Positions 11,596 to 26,989 of a DNA stretch of 64,000 nucleotides are shown piece by piece. The stretch comes from Auanema rhodensis (Eukaryota; Animalia; Nematoda), in NCBI GenBank assembly GCA_964057225.1, contig OZ059895.1, positions 21,452,001 to 21,516,000 on the forward strand, given 5' to 3'. Position 1 is the first letter of the stretch. Each line of letters opens with the position of its first letter. Both the position numbers and the translations under genes were made by a program. Under the pieces are notes generated by a model. The model worked only from the letters and a program-made list of their open reading frames with translations. It searched no databases and was not told the DNA's origin.

Positions 11596-14500
11596 CTTTG
11601 CCTTGAAAAAAGGAATCTAAAAACATCTACTTTTTGCTAAATTATTTCGAAATTTTTCGAAAAAATTTTTGTCAAAATGTTTTTGGAAGCAATGTTGAGT
11701 GTACATGGAAACTCAACATACACTAATGCATCATTTTTCAAACGATCATAACTAATTTTTGTATTAAGCGTTTCTCAATGTAGTATAGTGCATTCGATGC
11801 GGATTTTTAAGCTGCGTCGATCTGTGTTATCAGATTTGCGCTAGCTTAAAAATGCACCGAGATATCAACTGATATAAGTTCACACTTATATCCTCAATTT
11901 TCACCCTGAAGAATTAATTTTTTCGTTGAATAACATTGTCCATCGTCTTTGCCTTGAAAAAAGGAATCTAAAAACATCTACTTTTTGCTAAATTATTTTG
12001 AAATTTTTCGAAAAAATTTTTGTCAAAATGTTTTTGGAAGCAATGTTGAGTGTACATGGAAACTCAACATACACTAATGCATAATTTTTCAAACGATCAT
12101 AACTAATTTTTGTATTAAGCGTTTCTCAATGTAGTATAGTGCATTCGATGCGGATTTTTAAGCTGCGTCGATCTGTGTTATCAGATTTGCGCTAGCTTAA
12201 AAATGCACCGAGATATCAACTGATATAAGTTCACACTTATATCCTCGATTTTCAACCTGAAGAATTAATTTTTTCGTTGAATAACATTGTCCATCGTCTT
12301 TGCCTTGAAAAAAGGAATCTAAAAACATCTACTTTTTGCTAGATTATATTGAAATTTTTCGAAAAAATTTTTGTCAAAATGTTTTTGGAAGCAATGTTGA
12401 GTGTACATGGAAACTCAACATACACTAATGCATAATTTTTCAAACGATCATAACTAATTTTTGTATTAAGCGTTTCTCAATGTAGTATAGTGCATTCGAT
12501 GCGGATTTTTAAGCTGCGTCGATCTGTGTTATCAGATTTGCGCTAGCTTAAAAATGCACCGAGATATCAACTGATATAAGTTCACACTTATATCCTCGAT
12601 TTTCAACCTGAAGAATTAATTTTTTCGTTGAATAACATTGTCCATCGTCTTTGCCTCGAAAAAAGGAATCTAAAAACATCTACTTTTTGCTAGATTATAT
12701 TGAAATTTTTCGAAAAAATTTTTGTCAAAATGTTTTTGGAAGCAATGTTGAGTGTACATGGAAACTCAACATACACTAATGCATAATTTTTCAAACGATC
12801 ATAACTAATTTTTGTATTAAGCGTTTCTCAATGTAGTATAGTGCATTCGATGCGGATTTTTAAGCTGCGTCGATCTGTGTTATCAGATTTGCGCTAGCTT
12901 AAAAATGCACCGAGATATCAACTGATATAAGTTCACACTTATATCCTCGATTTTCAACCTGAAGAATTAATTTTTTCGTTGAATAACATTGTCCATCGTC
13001 TTTGCCTTGAAAAAAGGAATCTAAAAACATCTACTTTTGCTAGATTATTTCGAAATTTCTCGAAAAAATTTTTGTCAAAATGTTTTTGGAAGCAATTTTG
13101 AGTGTACATGGAAACTCAACATACACTAATGCATAATTTTTCAAACGATCATAACTAATTTTTGTATTAAGCGTTTCTCAATGTAGTATAGTGCATTCGA
13201 TGCGGATTTTTAAGCTGCGTCGATCTGTGTTATCAGATTTGCGCTAGCTTAAAAATGCACCGAGATATCAACTGATATAAGTTCACACTTATATCCTCGA
13301 TTTTCACCCTGAAGAATTAATTTTTTCGTTGAATAACATTGTCCATCGTCTTTGCCTTGAAAAAAGGAATCTAAAAACATCTACTTTTTGCTAAATTATT
13401 TCGAAATTTTTCGAAAAAATTTTTGTCAAAATGTTTTTGGAAGCAATGTTGAGTGTACATGGAAACTCAACATACACTAATGCATCATTTTTCAAACGAT
13501 CATAACTAATTTTTGTATTAAGCGTTTCTCAATGTAGTATAGTGCATTCGATGCGGATTTTTAAGCTGCGTCGATCTGTGTTATCAGATTTGCGCTAGCT
13601 TAAAAATGCACCGAGATATCAACTGATATAAGTTCACACTTATATCCTCAATTTTCACCCTGAAGAATTAATTTTTTCGTTGAATAACATTGTCCATCGT
13701 CTTTGCCTTGAAAAAAGGAATCTAAAAACATCTACTTTTTGCTAAATTATTTTGAAATTTTTCGAAAAAATTTTTGTCAAAATGTTTTTGGAAGCAATGT
13801 TGAGTGTACATGGAAACTCAACATACACTAATGCATAATTTTTCAAACGATCATAACTAATTTTTGTATTAAGCGTTTCTCAATGTAGTATAGTGCATTC
13901 GATGCGGATTTTTAAGCTGCGTCGATCTGTGTTATCAGATTTGCGCTAGCTTAAAAATGCACCGAGATATCAACTGATATAAGTTCACACTTATATCCTC
14001 GATTTTCAACCTGAAGAATTAATTTTTTCGTTGAATAACATTGTCCATCGTCTTTGCCTTGAAAAAAGGAATCTAAAAACATCTACTTTTTGCTAGATTA
14101 TATTGAAATTTTTCGAAAAAATTTTTGTCAAAATGTTTTTGGAAGCAATGTTGAGTGTACATGGAAACTCAACATACACTAATGCATAATTTTTCAAACG
14201 ATCATAACTAATTTTTGTATTAAGCGTTTCTCAATGTAGTATAGTGCATTCGATGCGGATTTTTAAGCTGCGTCGATCTGTGTTATCAGATTTGCGCTAG
14301 CTTAAAAATGCACCGAGATATCAACTGATATAAGTTCACACTTATATCCTCGATTTTCAACCTGAAGAATTAATTTTTTCGTTGAATAACATTGTCCATC
14401 GTCTTTGCCTCGAAAAAAGAAATCTAAAAACATCTACTTTTTGCTAGATTATATTGAAATTTTTCGAAAAAATTTTTGTCAAAATGTTTTTGGAAGCAAT

Positions 14501-15103
14501 GTTGAGTGTACATGGAAACTCAACATACACTAATGCATAATTTTTCAAACGATCATAACTAATTTTTGTATTAAGCGTTTCTCAATGTAGTATAGTGCAT
14601 TCGATGCGGATTTTTAAGCTGCGTCGATCTGTGTTATCAGATTTGCGCTAGCTTAAAAATGCACCGAGATATCAACTGATATAAGTTCACACTTATATCC
14701 TCGATTTTCAACCTGAAGAATTAATTTTTTCGTTGAATAACATTGTCCATCGTCTTTGCCTTGAAAAAAGGAATCTAAAAACATCTACTTTTGCTAGATT
14801 ATTTCGAAATTTCTCGAAAAAATTTTTGTCAAAATGTTTTTGGAAGCAATTTTGAGTGTACATGGAAACTCAACATACACTAATGCATAATTTTTCAAAC
14901 GATCATAACTAATTTTTGTATTAAGCGTTTCTCAATGTAGTATAGTGCATTCGATGCGGATTTTTAAGCTGCGTCGATCTGTGTTCTCAGATTTGCGCTA
15001 GCTTAAAAATGCACCGAGATATCAACTGATATAAGTTCACACTTATATCCTCGATTTTCACCCTGAAGAATTGATTTTTTCGTTGAATAACATTGTCCAT
15101 CGT
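11596..15103. repeat. Tandem duplication of a 5-monomer block (1754 bp x2)
   Basis: The markers cctcgaaaa (12654/14408) and agcaattttg (13091/14845) both recur at exactly 1754 bp. Confidence 0.88.
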
Positions 15104-17512
15104 CTCTGCCTTGAAAAAAGGAATCTAAAAACATCTACTTTTGCTAGATTATTTTGAAATTTCTCGAAAAAATTTTTGTCAAAATGTTTTTGGAAGCAAT
15201 GTTGAGTGTACATGGAAACTCAACATACACTAATGCATAATTTTTCAAACGATCATAACTAATTTTTGTATTAAGCGTTTCTCAATGTAGTATAGTGCAT
15301 TCGATGCGGATTTTTAAGCTGCGTCGATCTGTGTTATCAGATTTGCGCTAGCTTAAAAATGCACCGAGATATCAACTGATATAAGTTCACACTTATATCC
15401 TCGATTTTCAACCTGAAGAATTAATTTTTTCGTTGAATAACATTGTCCATCGTCTTTGCCTTGAAAAAAGGAATCTAAAAACATCTACTTTTTGCTAGAT
15501 TATATTGAAATTTTTCGAAAAAATTTTTGTCAAAATGTTTTTGGAAGCAATGTTGAGTGTACATGGAAACTCAACATACACTAATGCATAATTTTTCAAA
15601 CGATCATAACTAATTTGTCTATAAAGCGTTTCTCAATGTAGTATAGTGCATTCGATGCGGATTTTTAAGCTGCGTCGATCTGTGTTCTCAGATTTGCGCT
15701 AGCTTAAAAATGCACCGAGATATCAACTGATATAAGTTCACACTTATATCCTCGATTTTCACCCTGAAGAATTAATTTTTTCGTTGAATAACATTGTCCA
15801 TCGTCTTTGCCTTAAAAAAAGGAATCTAAAAACATCTACTTTTTGATAAATTATTTTAAAATTTCTCGAAAAAATTTTTGTCAAAATGTTTTTGGAAGCA
15901 ATGTTGAGTGTACATGGAAACTCAACATACACTAATGCATAATTTTTCAAACGATCATAACTAATTTTTGTATTAAGCGTTTCTCAATGTAGTATAGTGC
16001 ATTCGATGCGGATTTTTAAGCTGCGTCGATCTGTGTTATCAGATTTGCGCTAGCTTAAAAATGCACCGAGATATCAACTGATATAAGTTCACACTTATAT
16101 CCTCGATTTTCAACCTGAAGAATTAATTTTTTCGTTGAATAACATTGTCCATCGTCTTTGCCTCGAAAAAAGGAATCTAAAAACATCTACTTTTTGCTAG
16201 ATTATATTGAAATTTTTCGAAAAAATTTTTGTCAAAATGTTTTTGGAAGCAATGTTGAGTGTACATGGAAACTCAACATACACTAATGCATAATTTTTCA
16301 AACGATCATAACTAATTTTTGTATTAAGCGTTTCTCAATGTAGTATAGTGCATTCGATGCGGATTTTTAAGCTGCGTCGATCTGTGTTATCAGATTTGCG
16401 CTAGCTTAAAAATGCACCGAGATATCAACTGATATAAGTTCACACTTATATCCTCGATTTTCACCCTGAAGAATTGATTTTTTCGTTGAATAACATTGTC
16501 CATCGTCTTTGCCTTGAAAAAAGGAATCTGAAAACATCTACTTTTGCTAGATTATTTTGAAATTTCTCGAAAAAATTTTTGTCAAAATGTTTTTGGAAGC
16601 AATGTTGAGTGTACATGGAAACTCAACATACACTAATGCATCATTTTTCAAACGATCATAACTAATTTTTCTATAAAGCGTTTCTCAATGTAGTATAGTG
16701 CATTCGATGCGGATTTTTAAGCTGCGTCGATCTGTGTTATCAGATTTGCGCTAGCTTAAAAATGCACCGAGATATCAACTGATATAAGTTCACACTTATA
16801 TCCTCGATTTTCACCCTGAAGAATTAATTTTTTCGTTGAATAACATTGTCCATCGTCTTTGCCTTGAAAAAATGAATCTAAAAACATCTACTTTTTGCTA
16901 GATTATATTGAAATTTTTCGAAAAAATTTTTGTCAAAATGTTTTTGGAAGCAATGTTGAGTGTACATGGAAACTCAACATACACTAATGCATAATTTTTC
17001 AAACGATCATAACTAATTTTTGTATTAAGCGTTTCTCAATGTAGTATAGTGCATTCGATGCGGATTTTTAAGCTGCGTCGATCTGTGTTATCAGATTTGC
17101 GCTAGTTTAAAAATGCACCGAGATATCAACTGATATAAGTTCACACTTATATCCTCGATTTTCAACCTGAAGAATTAATTTTTTCGTTGAATAACATTGT
17201 CCATCGTCTTTGCCTCGAAAAAAGGAATCTAAAAACATCTACTTTTTGCTAGATTATATTGAAATTTTTCGAAAAAATTTTTGTCAAAATGTTTTTGGAA
17301 GCAATGTTGAGTGTACATGGAAACTCAACATACACTAATGCATAATTTTTCAAACGATCATAACTAATTTTTCTATGAAGCGTTTCTCAATGTAGTATAG
17401 TGCATTCGATGCGGATTTTTAAGCTGCGTCGATCTGTGTTCTCAGATTTGCGCTAGCTTAAAAATGCACCGAGATATCAACTGATATAAGTTCACACTTA
17501 TATCCTCGATTT

Positions 17513-20500
17513 TCACCCTGAAGAATTAATTTTTTCGTTGAATAACATTGTCCATCGTCTTTGCCTTGAAAAAAGGAATCTAAAAACATCTACTTTTTGA
17601 TAAATTATTTTAAAATTTTTCGAAAAAATTTTTGTCAAAATGTTTTTGGAAGCAATGTTGAGTGTACATGGAAACTCAACATACACTAATGCATCATTTT
17701 TCAAACGATCATAACTAATTTTTCTATAAAGCGTTTCTCAATGTAGTATAGTGCATTCGATGCGGATTTTTAAGCTGCGTCGATCTGTGTTCTCAGATTT
17801 GCGCTAGCTTAAAAATGCACCGAGATATCAACTGATATAAGTTCACACTTATATCCTCGATTTTCACCCTGAAGAATTAATTTTTTCGTTGAATAACATT
17901 GTCCATCGTCTTTGCCTTAAAAAAAGGAATTTAAAAACATCTACTTTTTGATAAATTATTTTAAAATTTCTCGAAAAAATTTTTGTCAAAATGTTTTTGG
18001 AAGCAATGTTGAGTGTACATGGAAACTCAACATACACTAATGCATAATTTTTCAAACGATCATAACTAATTTTTGTATTAAGCGTTTCTCAATGTAGTAT
18101 AGTGCATTCGATGCGGATTTTTAAGCTGCGTCGATCTGTGTTATCAGATTTGCGCTTGCGCTAGCTTAAAAATGCACCGAGATATCAACTGATATAAGTT
18201 CACACTTATATCCTCGATTTTCACCCTGAAGAATTAATTTTTTCGTTGAATAACATTGTCCATCGTCTTTGCCTTAAAAAAAGGAATCTAAAAACATCTA
18301 CTTTTGCTAGATTATTTTGAAATTTCTCGAAAAAATTTTTGTCAAAATGTTTTTGGAAGCAATGTTGAGTGTACATGGAAACTCAACATACACTAATGCA
18401 TAATTTTTCAAACGATCATAACTAATTTTTCTATAAAGCGTTTCTCAATGTAGTATAGTGCATTCGATGCGGATTTTTAAGCTGCGTCGATCTGTGTTCT
18501 CAGATTTGCGCTAGCTTAAAAATGCACCGAGATATCAACTGATATAAGTTCACACTTATATCTTCGATTTTCACCCTGAAGAATTAATTTTTTCGTTGAA
18601 TAACATTGTCCATCGACTTTGCCTTAAAAAAAGGAATCTAAAAACATCTACTTTTTGATAAATTATTTTAAAATTTCTCGAAAAAATTTTTGTCAAAATG
18701 TTTTTGGAAGCAATGTTGAGTGTACATGGAAACTCAACATACACTAATGCATAATTTTTCAAACGTTCATAACTAATTTTTGTATTAAGCGTTTCTCAAT
18801 GTAGTATAGTGCATTCGATGCGGATTTTTAAGCTGCGTCGATCTGTGTTATCAGATTTGCGCTAGCTTAAAAATGCACCGAGATATCAACTGATATAAGT
18901 TCACACTTATATCCTCGATTTTCACCCTGAAGAATTGATTTTTTCGTTGAATAACATTGTCCATCGTCTTTGCCTTGAAAAAAGGAATCTGAAAACATCT
19001 ACTTTTGCTAGATTATTTTGAAATTTCTCGAAAAAATTTTTGTCAAAATGTTTTTGGAAGCAATGTTGAGTGTACATGGAAACTCAACATACACTAATGC
19101 ATCATTTTTCAAACGATCATAACTAATTTTTCTATAAAGCGTTTCTCAATGTAGTATAGTGCATTCGATGCGGATTTTTAAGCTGCGTCGATCTGTGTTA
19201 TCAGATTTGCGCTAGCTTAAAAATGCACCGAGATATCAACTGATATAAGTTCACACTTATATCCTCGATTTTCACCCTGAAGAATTGATTTTTTCGTTGA
19301 ATAACATTGTCCATCGTCTTTGCCTTGAAAAAAGGAATCTGAAAACATCTACTTTTGCTAGATTATTTTGAAATTTCTCGAAAAAATTTTTGTCAAAATG
19401 TTTTTGGAAGCAATGTTGAGTGTACATGGAAACTCAACATACACTAATGCATAATTTTTCAAACGATCATAACTAATTTTTCTATAAAGCGTTTCTCAAT
19501 GTAGTATAGTGCATTCGATGCGGATTTTTAAGCTGCGTCGATCTGTGTTATCAGATTTGCGCTAGCTTAAAAATGCACCGAGATATCAACTGATATAAGT
19601 TCACACTTATATCCTCGATTTTCACCCTGAAGAATTAATTTTTTCGTTGAATAACAATGTCCATCGTCTTTGCCTTGAAAAAAGGAATCTAAAAACATCT
19701 ACTTTTTGCTAAATTATATTGAAATTTTTCGAAAAAATTTTTGTCAAAATGTTTTTGGAAGCAATGTTGAGTGTACATGGAAACTCAACATACACTAATG
19801 CATCATTTTTCAAACGATCATAACTAATTTTTCTATAAAGCGTTTCTCAATGTAGTATAGTGCATTCGATGCGGATTTTTAAGCTGCGTCGATCTGTGTT
19901 ATCAGATTTGCGCTAGCTTAAAAATGCACCGAGATATCAACTGATATAAGTTCACACTTATATCCTCGATTTTCACCCTGAAGAATTGATTTTTTCGTTG
20001 AATAACATTGTCCATCGTCTTTGCCTTGAAAAAAGGAATCTAAAAACATCTACTTTTGCTAGATTATTTTGAAATTTCTCGAAAAAATTTTTGTCAAAAT
20101 GTTTTTGGAAGCAATGTTGAGTGTACATGGAAACTCAACATACACTAATGCATCATTTTTCAAACGATCATAACTAATTTTTCTATAAAGCGTTTCTCAA
20201 TGTAGTATAGTGCATTCGATGCGGATTTTTAAGCTGCGTCGATCTGTGTTATCAGATTTGCGCTAGCTTAAAAATGCACCGAGATATCAACTGATATAAG
20301 TTCACACTTATATCCTCGATTTTCACCCTGAAGAATTGATTTTTTCGTTGAATAACATTGTCCATCGTCTTTGCCTTGAAAAAAGGAATCTAAAAACATC
20401 TACTTTTGCTAGATTATTTTGAAATTTCTCGAAAAAATTTTTGTCAAAATGTTTTTGGAAGCAATGTTGAGTGTACATGGAAACTCAACATACACTAATG

Positions 20501-23500
20501 CATCATTTTTCAAACGATCATAACTAATTTTTCTATAAAGCGTTTCTCAATGTAGTATAGTGCATTCGATGCGGATTTTTAAGCTGCGTCGATCTGTGTT
20601 ATCAGATTTGCGCTAGCTTAAAAATGCACCGAGATATCAACTGATATAAGTTCACACTTATATCCTCGATTTTCACCCTGAAGAATTAATTTTTTCGTTG
20701 AATAACAATGTCCATCGTCTTTGCCTTGAAAAAAGGAATCTAAAAACATCTACTTTTTGCTAAATTATATTGAAATTTTTCGAAAAAATTTTTGTCAAAA
20801 TGTTTTTGGAAGCAATGTTGAGTGTACATGGAAACTCAACATACACTAATGCATCATTTTTCAAACGATCATAACTAATTTTTCTATAAAGCGTTTCTCA
20901 ATGTAGTATAGTGCATTCGATGCGGATTTTTAAGCTGCGTCGATCTGTGTTATCAGATTTGCGCTAGCTTAAAAATGCACCGAGATATCAACTGATATAA
21001 GTTCACACTTATATCCTCGATTTTCACCCTGAAGAATTGATTTTTTCGTTGAATAACATTGTCCATCGTCTTTGCCTTGAAAAAAGGAATCTAAAAACAT
21101 CTACTTTTGCTAGATTATTTTGAAATTTCTCGAAAAAATTTTTGTCAAAATGTTTTTGGAAGCAATGTTGAGTGTACATGGAAACTCAACATACACTAAT
21201 GCATCATTTTTCAAACGATCATAACTAATTTTTCTATAAAGCGTTTCTCAATGTAGTATAGTGCATTCGATGCGGATTTTTAAGCTGCGTCGATCTGTGT
21301 TATCAGATTTGCGCTAGCTTAAAAATGCACCGAGATATCAACTGATATAAGTTCACACTTATATCCTCGATTTTCACCCTGAAAAATTAATTTTTTCGTT
21401 GAATAACAATGTCCATCGTCTTTGCCTTGAAAAAAGGAATCTAAAAACATCTACTTTTTGCTAAATTATATTGAAATTTTTCGAAAAAATTTTTGTCAAA
21501 ATGTTTTTGGAAGCAATGTTGAGTGTACATGGAAACTCAACATACACTAATGCATCATTTTTCAAACGATCATAACTAATTTTTCTATAAAGCGTTTCTC
21601 AATGTAGTATAGTGCATTCGATGCGGATTTTTAAGCTGCGTCGATCTGTGTTCTCAGATTTGCGCTAGCTTAAAAATGCACCGAGATATCAACTGATATA
21701 AGTTCACACTTATATCCTCGATTTTCACCCTGAAGAATCAATTTTTTCGTTGAATAACATTGTCCATCGTCTTTGCCTTAAAAAAAGGAATCTAAAAACA
21801 TCTACTTTTTGATAAATTATTTTAAAATTTCTCGAAAAAATTTTTGTCAAAATGTTTTTGGAAGCAATGTTGAGTGTACATGGAAACTCAACATACACTA
21901 ATGCATAATTTTTCAAACGATCATAACTAATTTTTGTATTAAGCCTTTCTCAATGTAGTATAGTGCATTCGATGCGGATTTTTAAGCTGCGTCGATCTGT
22001 GTTATCAGATTTGCGCTAGCTTAAAAATGCACCGAGATATCAACTGATATAAGTTCACACTTATATCCTCGATTTTCACCCTGAAGAATTGATTTTTTCG
22101 TTGAATAACATTGTCCATCGTCTTTGCCTTGAAAAAAGGAATCTGAAAACATCTACTTTTGCTAGATTATTTTGAAATTTCTCGAAAAAATTTTTGTCAA
22201 AATGTTTTTGGAAGCAATGTTGAGTGTACATGGAAACTCAACATACACTAATGCATCATTTTTCAAACGATCATAACTAATTTTTCTATAAAGCGTTTCT
22301 CAATGTAGTATAGTGCATTCGATGCGGATTTTTAAGCTGCGTCGATCTGTGTTATCAGATTTGCGCTAGCTTAAAAATGCACCGAGATATCAACTGATAT
22401 AAGTTCACACTTATATCCTCGATTTTCACCCTGAAGATTTAATTTTTTCGTTGAATAACATTGTCCATCGTCTTTGCCTTGAAAAAAGGAATCTAAAAAC
22501 ATCTACTTTTTGATAAATTATTTTAAAATTTTTCGAAAAAATTTTTGTCAAAATGTTTTTGGAAGCAATGTTGAGTGTACATGGAAACTCAACATACACT
22601 AATGCATCATTTTTCAAACGATCATAACTAATTTTTCTATAAAGCGTTTCTCAATGTAGTATAGTGCATTCGATGCGGATTTTTAAGCTGCGTCGATCTG
22701 TGTTCTCAGATTTGCGCTAGCTTAAAAATGCACCGAGATATGAACTGATATAAGTTCACACTTATATCCTCGATTTTCACCCTGAAGAATTAATTTTTTC
22801 GTTGAATAACATTGTCCATCGTCTTTGCCTTAAAAAAAGGAATCTAAAAACATCTACTTTTTGATAAATTATTTTAAAATTTCTCGAAAAAATTTTTGTC
22901 AAAATGTTTTTGGAAGCAATGTTGAGTGTACATGGAAACTCAACATACACTAATGCATAATTTTTCAAACGATCATAACTAATTTTTGTATTAAGCGTTT
23001 CTCAATGTAGTATAGTGCATTCGATGCGGATTTTTAAGCTGCGTCGATCTGTGTTATCAGATTTGCGCTTGCGCTAGCTTAAAAATGCACCGAGATATCA
23101 ACTGATATAAGTTCACACTTATATCCTCGATTTTCACCCTGAAGAATTAATTTTTTCGTTGAATAACATTGTCCATCGTCTTTGCCTTAAAAAAAGGAAT
23201 CTAAAAACATCTACTTTTGCTAGATTATTTTGAAATTTCTCGAAAAAATTTTTGTCAAAATGTTTTTGGAAGCAATGTTGAGTGTACATGGAAACTCAAC
23301 ATACACTAATGCATAATTTTTCAAACGATCATAACTAATTTTTCTATAAAGCGTTTCTCAATGTAGTATAGTGCATTCGATGCGGATTTTTAAGCTGCGT
23401 CGATCTGTGTTCTCAGATTTGCGCTAGCTTAAAAATGCACCGAGATATCAACTGATATAAGTTCACACTTATATCTTCGATTTTCACCCTGAAGAATTAA

Positions 23501-24780
23501 TTTTTTCGTTGAATAACATTGTCCATCGACTTTGCCTTAAAAAAAGGAATCTAAAAACATCTACTTTTTGATAAATTATTTTAAAATTTCTCGAAAAAAT
23601 TTTTGTCAAAATGTTTTTGGAAGCAATGTTGAGTGTACATGGAAACTCAACATACACTAATGCATAATTTTTCAAACGTTCATAACTAATTTTTGTATTA
23701 AGCGTTTCTCAATGTAGTATAGTGCATTCGATGCGGATTTTTAAGCTGCGTCGATCTGTGTTATCAGATTTGCGCTAGCTTAAAAATGCACCGAGATATC
23801 AACTGATATAAGTTCACACTTATATCCTCGATTTTCACCCTGAAGAATTGATTTTTTCGTTGAATAACATTGTCCATCGTCTTTGCCTTGAAAAAAGGAA
23901 TCTGAAAACATCTACTTTTGCTAGATTATTTTGAAATTTCTCGAAAAAATTTTTGTCAAAATGTTTTTGGAAGCAATGTTGAGTGTACATGGAAACTCAA
24001 CATACACTAATGCATCATTTTTCAAACGATCATAACTAATTTTTCTATAAAGCGTTTCTCAATGTAGTATAGTGCATTCGATGCGGATTTTTAAGCTGCG
24101 TCGATCTGTGTTATCAGATTTGCGCTAGCTTAAAAATGCACCGAGATATCAACTGATATAAGTTCACACTTATATCCTCGATTTTCACCCTGAAGAATTG
24201 ATTTTTTCGTTGAATAACATTGTCCATCGTCTTTGCCTTGAAAAAAGGAATCTGAAAACATCTACTTTTGCTAGATTATTTTGAAATTTCTCGAAAAAAT
24301 TTTTGTCAAAATGTTTTTGGAAGCAATGTTGAGTGTACATGGAAACTCAACATACACTAATGCATAATTTTTCAAACGATCATAACTAATTTTTCTATAA
24401 AGCGTTTCTCAATGTAGTATAGTGCATTCGATGCGGATTTTTAAGCTGCGTCGATCTGTGTTATCAGATTTGCGCTAGCTTAAAAATGCACCGAGATATC
24501 AACTGATATAAGTTCACACTTATATCCTCGATTTTCACCCTGAAGAATTAATTTTTTCGTTGAATAACAATGTCCATCGTCTTTGCCTTGAAAAAAGGAA
24601 TCTAAAAACATCTACTTTTTGCTAAATTATATTGAAATTTTTCGAAAAAATTTTTGTCAAAATGTTTTTGGAAGCAATGTTGAGTGTACATGGAAACTCA
24701 ACATACACTAATGCATCATTTTTCAAACGATCATAACTAATTTTTCTATAAAGCGTTTCTCAATGTAGTATAGTGCATTC
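17513..24780. repeat. Multi-monomer block duplicated at 4913-bp (14-monomer) offset
   Basis: The 6-bp duplication ttgcgc-ttgcgc occurs at 18150 and 23063. ORF variants at 17513/22426, 17864/22777 and 18571/23484 are all offset by 4913. Confidence 0.85.
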
Positions 24781-26989
24781 GATGCGGATTTTTAAGCTGC
24801 GTCGATCTGTGTTCTCAGATTTGCGCTAGCTTAAAAATGCACCGAGATATCAACTGATATAAGTTCACACTTATATCTTCGATTTTCACCCTGAAGAATT
24901 AATTTTTTCGTTGAATAACATTGTCCATCGACTTTGCCTTAAAAAAAGGAATCTAAAAACATCTACTTTTTGATAAATTATTTTAAAATTTCTCGAAAAA
25001 ATTTTTGTCAAAATGTTTTTGGAAGCAATGTTGAGTGTACATGGAAACTCAACATACACTAATGCATAATTTTTCAAACGTTCATAACTAATTTTTGTAT
25101 TAAGCGTTTCTCAATGTAGTATAGTGCATTCGATGCGGATTTTTAAGCTGCGTCGATCTGTGTTATCAGATTTGCGCTAGCTTAAAAATGCACCGAGATA
25201 TCAACTGATATAAGTTCACACTTATATCCTCGATTTTCACCCTGAAGAATTGATTTTTTCGTTGAATAACATTGTCCATCGTCTTTGCCTTGAAAAAAGG
25301 AATCTGAAAACATCTACTTTTGCTAGATTATTTTGAAATTTCTCGAAAAAATTTTTGTCAAAATGTTTTTGGAAGCAATGTTGAGTGTACATGGAAACTC
25401 AACATACACTAATGCATCATTTTTCAAACGATCATAACTAATTTTTCTATAAAGCGTTTCTCAATGTAGTATAGTGCATTCGATGCGGATTTTTAAGCTG
25501 CGTCGATCTGTGTTATCAGATTTGCGCTAGCTTAAAAATGCACCGAGATATCAACTGATATAAGTTCACACTTATATCCTCGATTTTCACCCTGAAGAAT
25601 TGATTTTTTCGTTGAATAACATTGTCCATCGTCTTTGCCTTGAAAAAAGGAATCTGAAAACATCTACTTTTGCTAGATTATTTTGAAATTTCTCGAAAAA
25701 ATTTTTGTCAAAATGTTTTTGGAAGCAATGTTGAGTGTACATGGAAACTCAACATACACTAATGCATAATTTTTCAAACGATCATAACTAATTTTTCTAT
25801 AAAGCGTTTCTCAATGTAGTATAGTGCATTCGATGCGGATTTTTAAGCTGCGTCGATCTGTGTTATCAGATTTGCGCTAGCTTAAAAATGCACCGAGATA
25901 TCAACTGATATAAGTTCACACTTATATCCTCGATTTTCACCCTGAAGAATTAATTTTTTCGTTGAATAACAATGTCCATCGTCTTTGCCTTGAAAAAAGG
26001 AATCTAAAAACATCTACTTTTTGCTAAATTATATTGAAATTTTTCGAAAAAATTTTTGTCAAAATGTTTTTGGAAGCAATGTTGAGTGTACATGGAAACT
26101 CAACATACACTAATGCATCATTTTTCAAACGATCATAACTAATTTTTCTATAAAGCGTTTCTCAATGTAGTATAGTGCATTCGATGCGGATTTTTAAGCT
26201 GCGTCGATCTGTGTTATCAGATTTGCGCTAGCTTAAAAATGCACCGAGATATCAACTGATATAAGTTCACACTTATATCCTCGATTTTCACCCTGAAGAA
26301 TTGATTTTTTCGTTGAATAACATTGTCCATCGTCTTTGCCTTGAAAAAAGGAATCTAAAAACATCTACTTTTGCTAGATTATTTTGAAATTTCTCGAAAA
26401 AATTTTTGTCAAAATGTTTTTGGAAGCAATGTTGAGTGTACATGGAAACTCAACATACACTAATGCATCATTTTTCAAACGATCATAACTAATTTTTCTA
26501 TAAAGCGTTTCTCAATGTAGTATAGTGCATTCGATGCGGATTTTTAAGCTGCGTCGATCTGTGTTATCAGATTTGCGCTAGCTTAAAAATGCACCGAGAT
26601 ATCAACTGATATAAGTTCACACTTATATCCTCGATTTTCACCCTGAAGAATTGATTTTTTCGTTGAATAACATTGTCCATCGTCTTTGCCTTGAAAAAAG
26701 GAATCTGAAAACATCTACTTTTGCTAGATTATTTTGAAATTTCTCGAAAAAATTTTTGTCAAAATGTTTTTGGAAGCAATGTTGAGTGTACATGGAAACT
26801 CAACATACACTAATGCATAATTTTTCAAACGATCATAACTAATTTTTCTATAAAGCGTTTCTCAATGTAGTATAGTGCATTCGATGCGGATTTTTAAGCT
26901 GCGTCGATCTGTGTTATCAGATTTGCGCTAGCTTAAAAATGCACCGAGATATCAACTGATATAAGTTCACACTTATATCCTCGATTTTC

